DNA from: Eledone cirrhosa
Taxonomy: Eukaryota
Direction: 5' to 3'
Assembly (NCBI GenBank): GCA_964016885.1
Contig: OZ024764.1
Location: 12,648,001 to 12,712,000, forward strand
Length of the DNA stretch: 64,000 bases
In this document: positions 61,055-64,000 of the stretch, in pieces
Layout: each line of letters starts with the position of its first letter
Numbering within the stretch: the first letter of the stretch is position 1
Notes under the pieces: generated by a model
Told to the model about the DNA's origin: nothing
The model's database searches: none
The model's input: the letters and a program-made list of their open reading frames with translations, nothing else
Program-made: the position numbers and the translations under genes

Positions 61055-61386
61055 TCATCATCATCATCATTTTACGTCCGCTTTTCCCTGCTTGCAAGGG
61101 TGGGACGGGATCTGATTCTGGCTTGATTTCTACAGCTGGATGCCCTTCCTAACACCAACCTCATTTACAGTGAGTGCTGGGTGCTTTTTTGCCGTGGCAC
61201 CTCCACAACCACTTTGCAGGGGAATGATAGGGACCCCAGTCCCTATCATCTCATTTCTACAGCTGAGTAAACTGGAGCAATGTGAAATAAAGTGTCTTGC
61301 TCAAGGAAACAACACATCACCCGGTTCGAGAATTGAACTCACAACTCACAAGGCCAATTCTCTAACCACTAAGCCATGCGCCTTCA
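61055..61386 (-). mobile_element. SINE-A, full length with a small head deletion
   Basis: Matches the other copies. Confidence 0.9.
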
Positions 61387-61607
61387 CATATATATGTATA
61401 TACACACACATATATATATTCTATATATACACATATATACATAAACATATATATATATATACATATCTATGTATATATAGAATATATATATATATAGAGA
61501 TGTACATGTATATATAATATATATATATAAAGATATATATATATATATAGAGAGATGTTTGTATATATATGTATATATATATGTATATATATACATATAT
61601 ATATGTA

Positions 61608-61687
<80 letters not shown>

Positions 61688-61969
61688 CATATATATATAT
61701 ATATGTCAATAATCTCATTGGTGTGCATTAGTAATTTTATTATATTTTCAAATATTTCCAATTCATAGCAAATCTACCCTCAATAGATGTTCCCCCGGGG
61801 CGCTAAATATGGATCCCCAGGCCCAGAGCAATTATGAACAATAACGGCCAATGTTTTTATTATATCTACCACCCCGTTTGGTGCACACAATACCCTATAT
61901 TGGGGTGAATTTGATATGTTTATATAATATATTGTTGAATGTGTTATTCCATTGGTAAAACAAATGTGC

Positions 61970-62683
61970 TATATATGTATGTATATTTATGTATGTATGT
62001 ATGTATGTATGTATGTATGTATATGTATGTATGTATATATGTGTGTATGTATGTATGTATATGTATGTATGTATATATGTGTGTATGTATGTATGTATGT
62101 ATATATGTATGTATGTTTTTATGGATGTATGTATGTTTGTGTGTATATATATATATGTATATATGTATGTATTCTTTTATGTATGTATGTATGTTTGTGT
62201 GTATATATATATATATATATTTATATGTGTTTGTATATATGTATGTATATATGTATGTATGTTTGTATGTATATATGTATGTATGTATGTTTGTATGTAT
62301 GTATGTGTATATGTATGTGTATGTATGTATGTATGTTTGTATGTATGTGTATATGTATATGTTTGTATGTATGTATGTATGTGTGTATGTATGTATGTAT
62401 GTGTATATGTATGTATGTATGTGTATGTATGTATGTGTTTGTATGTATGTATGTATGTGTATATGTATGTATATATGTATGTATGTGTATATGTATGTGT
62501 ATGTATGTATGTTTGTATGTATGTATGTGTATATGTATGTATGTATATATGTATGTGTATGTATGTATAAATACATGTATGTATGTTCGTGTGTATATAT
62601 GTATGTATGTTTGTATGTATCTATGTATATATGTATGTATGTGTATGTATATATACATATATGTATGTTTGAGTGTATATATG
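61970..62683. repeat. (TATG)n degenerate tetranucleotide repeat
   Basis: Direct reading. Confidence 0.93.
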
Positions 62684-62691
62684 TAAGGTAT

Positions 62692-62994
62692 AATCGAAAG
62701 GTTGTGAGTTCAATTCTCAGACCGGGTGATGTGTTGTTTCCTTGAGCAAGACACTTTATTTCACATTGCTCCAGTTTACTCAGCTGTAGAAATGAGATGA
62801 TAGGGACTGGGATCCCTATCATTCCACTGCAAAGTGGTCGTGGAGGTGCCACGGCAAAAAAGGACATAGCACTCACTGTAAATGAGGTTGGTGTTAGGAA
62901 GGGCATCCAGCTGTAGAAATCAAGCCAGAATCAGTTCCCGTCCCACCCTTGCAAGCAGGGAAAAGCGGACGTTAAATGAAATGATGATGATGAT
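62692..62994 (+). mobile_element. SINE-A lacking the A box
   Basis: Starts at aatcgaaaggttgtgag; rest intact. Confidence 0.9.
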
Positions 62995-63048
62995 ATACAC
63001 ATATATATATATGAATATATATAAAAAAATATACATAAATATATATAT

Positions 63049-63505
63049 GTGATGATGATGGTGATGGTGATGGTGATGGTGATGATGGTGATGATGGTGG
63101 TGATGGTGATGGTGGTGGTGATGGTGGTGATGGTGGTGATGGTGATGGTGATGATGGTGGTGATGGTGGTGATGGTGGTGATGGTGGTGATGGTGGTGAT
63201 GGTGGTGATGGTGGTGATGATAATGGTGGTGATGGTGATGGTGGTGATGGTGATGATGGTGGTGGTGATGGTGCTGATGATGATGGTGTTGATGGTGATG
63301 GTGGTGATGGTGATGGTGATGGTGGTGATGGTGATGATGGTGGTGGTGATGGTGCTGATGATGATGGTGATGGTGGTGATGGTGATGGTGATGATGGTGA
63401 TGATGGTGGTGGTGGTGGTGATGGTGGTGGTGGTGATGGTGATGATGGTGGTGGTGGTGGTGATGACAATGATGGTGATAATTATGATGATGATGGTGAT
63501 GTGAT
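63049..63505. repeat. (GAT/GGT)n repeat
   Basis: Direct reading. Confidence 0.95.
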
Positions 63506-64000
63506 GACTACGACCATGTAGTCTTCATTGCATAACAGCAGTTTAGTTTTTTGGTTGATGTTTCTTATTGTTTCTGTATAGAAATATCTCCCCCCCCCCC
63601 CGCCTCAACATCTAGCGACACCCCTCACCAACCCCGGGCCCCCAAATTACCCCCCCCCCCCCGCCACACCCCATCCAACCACTAATCCACCCCACCCCAC
63701 CGCAAGAAGAAAAATACACTCAGAAAATGATTAATGAGGCATTCTAATATGAAACAGCAAACCACAACACCACCACCATTACACCAGCACACCACTACCA
63801 CCACTACCACCACCACACCACTACCACCACTACACCAGCACACCACTACCACCACAACACCACCATTACACCAGCACACCACTACCACCATTACACCAGC
63901 ACACCACTACCACCACTACCACCACCACACCACTACCACCACTACACCAGCACACCACTACCACCACAACACCACCATTACACCAGCACACCACTACCAC

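Noticed and set aside
61755-61845. Possible terminal exon after ttcatag
   Set aside because: Short frames with no recognisable homology; unsupported

Overview
This is animal (eukaryotic) genomic DNA, not prokaryotic. The repeat repertoire (tRNA-headed SINEs with RTE-type tails, very long (TA)n/(CA)n tracts) suggests an octopus or other coleoid cephalopod; that is an inference. No intact protein-coding gene is visible. Nearly all long ORFs in the supplied track are translations of micro- and minisatellites. The window is a mosaic of simple repeats, two tRNA-derived SINE families, fragments of RTE, CR1 and probable Tx1 LINEs, a TTAA/CCC-ended MITE, a rearranged mariner, a Helitron 3' end, and several tandem arrays that grew inside transposons. 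The most notable signal is a recurring class of short fold-back insertions, mostly next to (TA)n. They carry type I hammerhead-ribozyme motifs on opposite strands and resemble Penelope-like element termini. In several, the inversion centre sits at the 5' edge of the ribozyme. Both fully visible copies of one RTE family show twin-priming-type 5' inversions, and there is one candidate 93-nt host exon. Coordinates were read by eye and may be off by a few bases.
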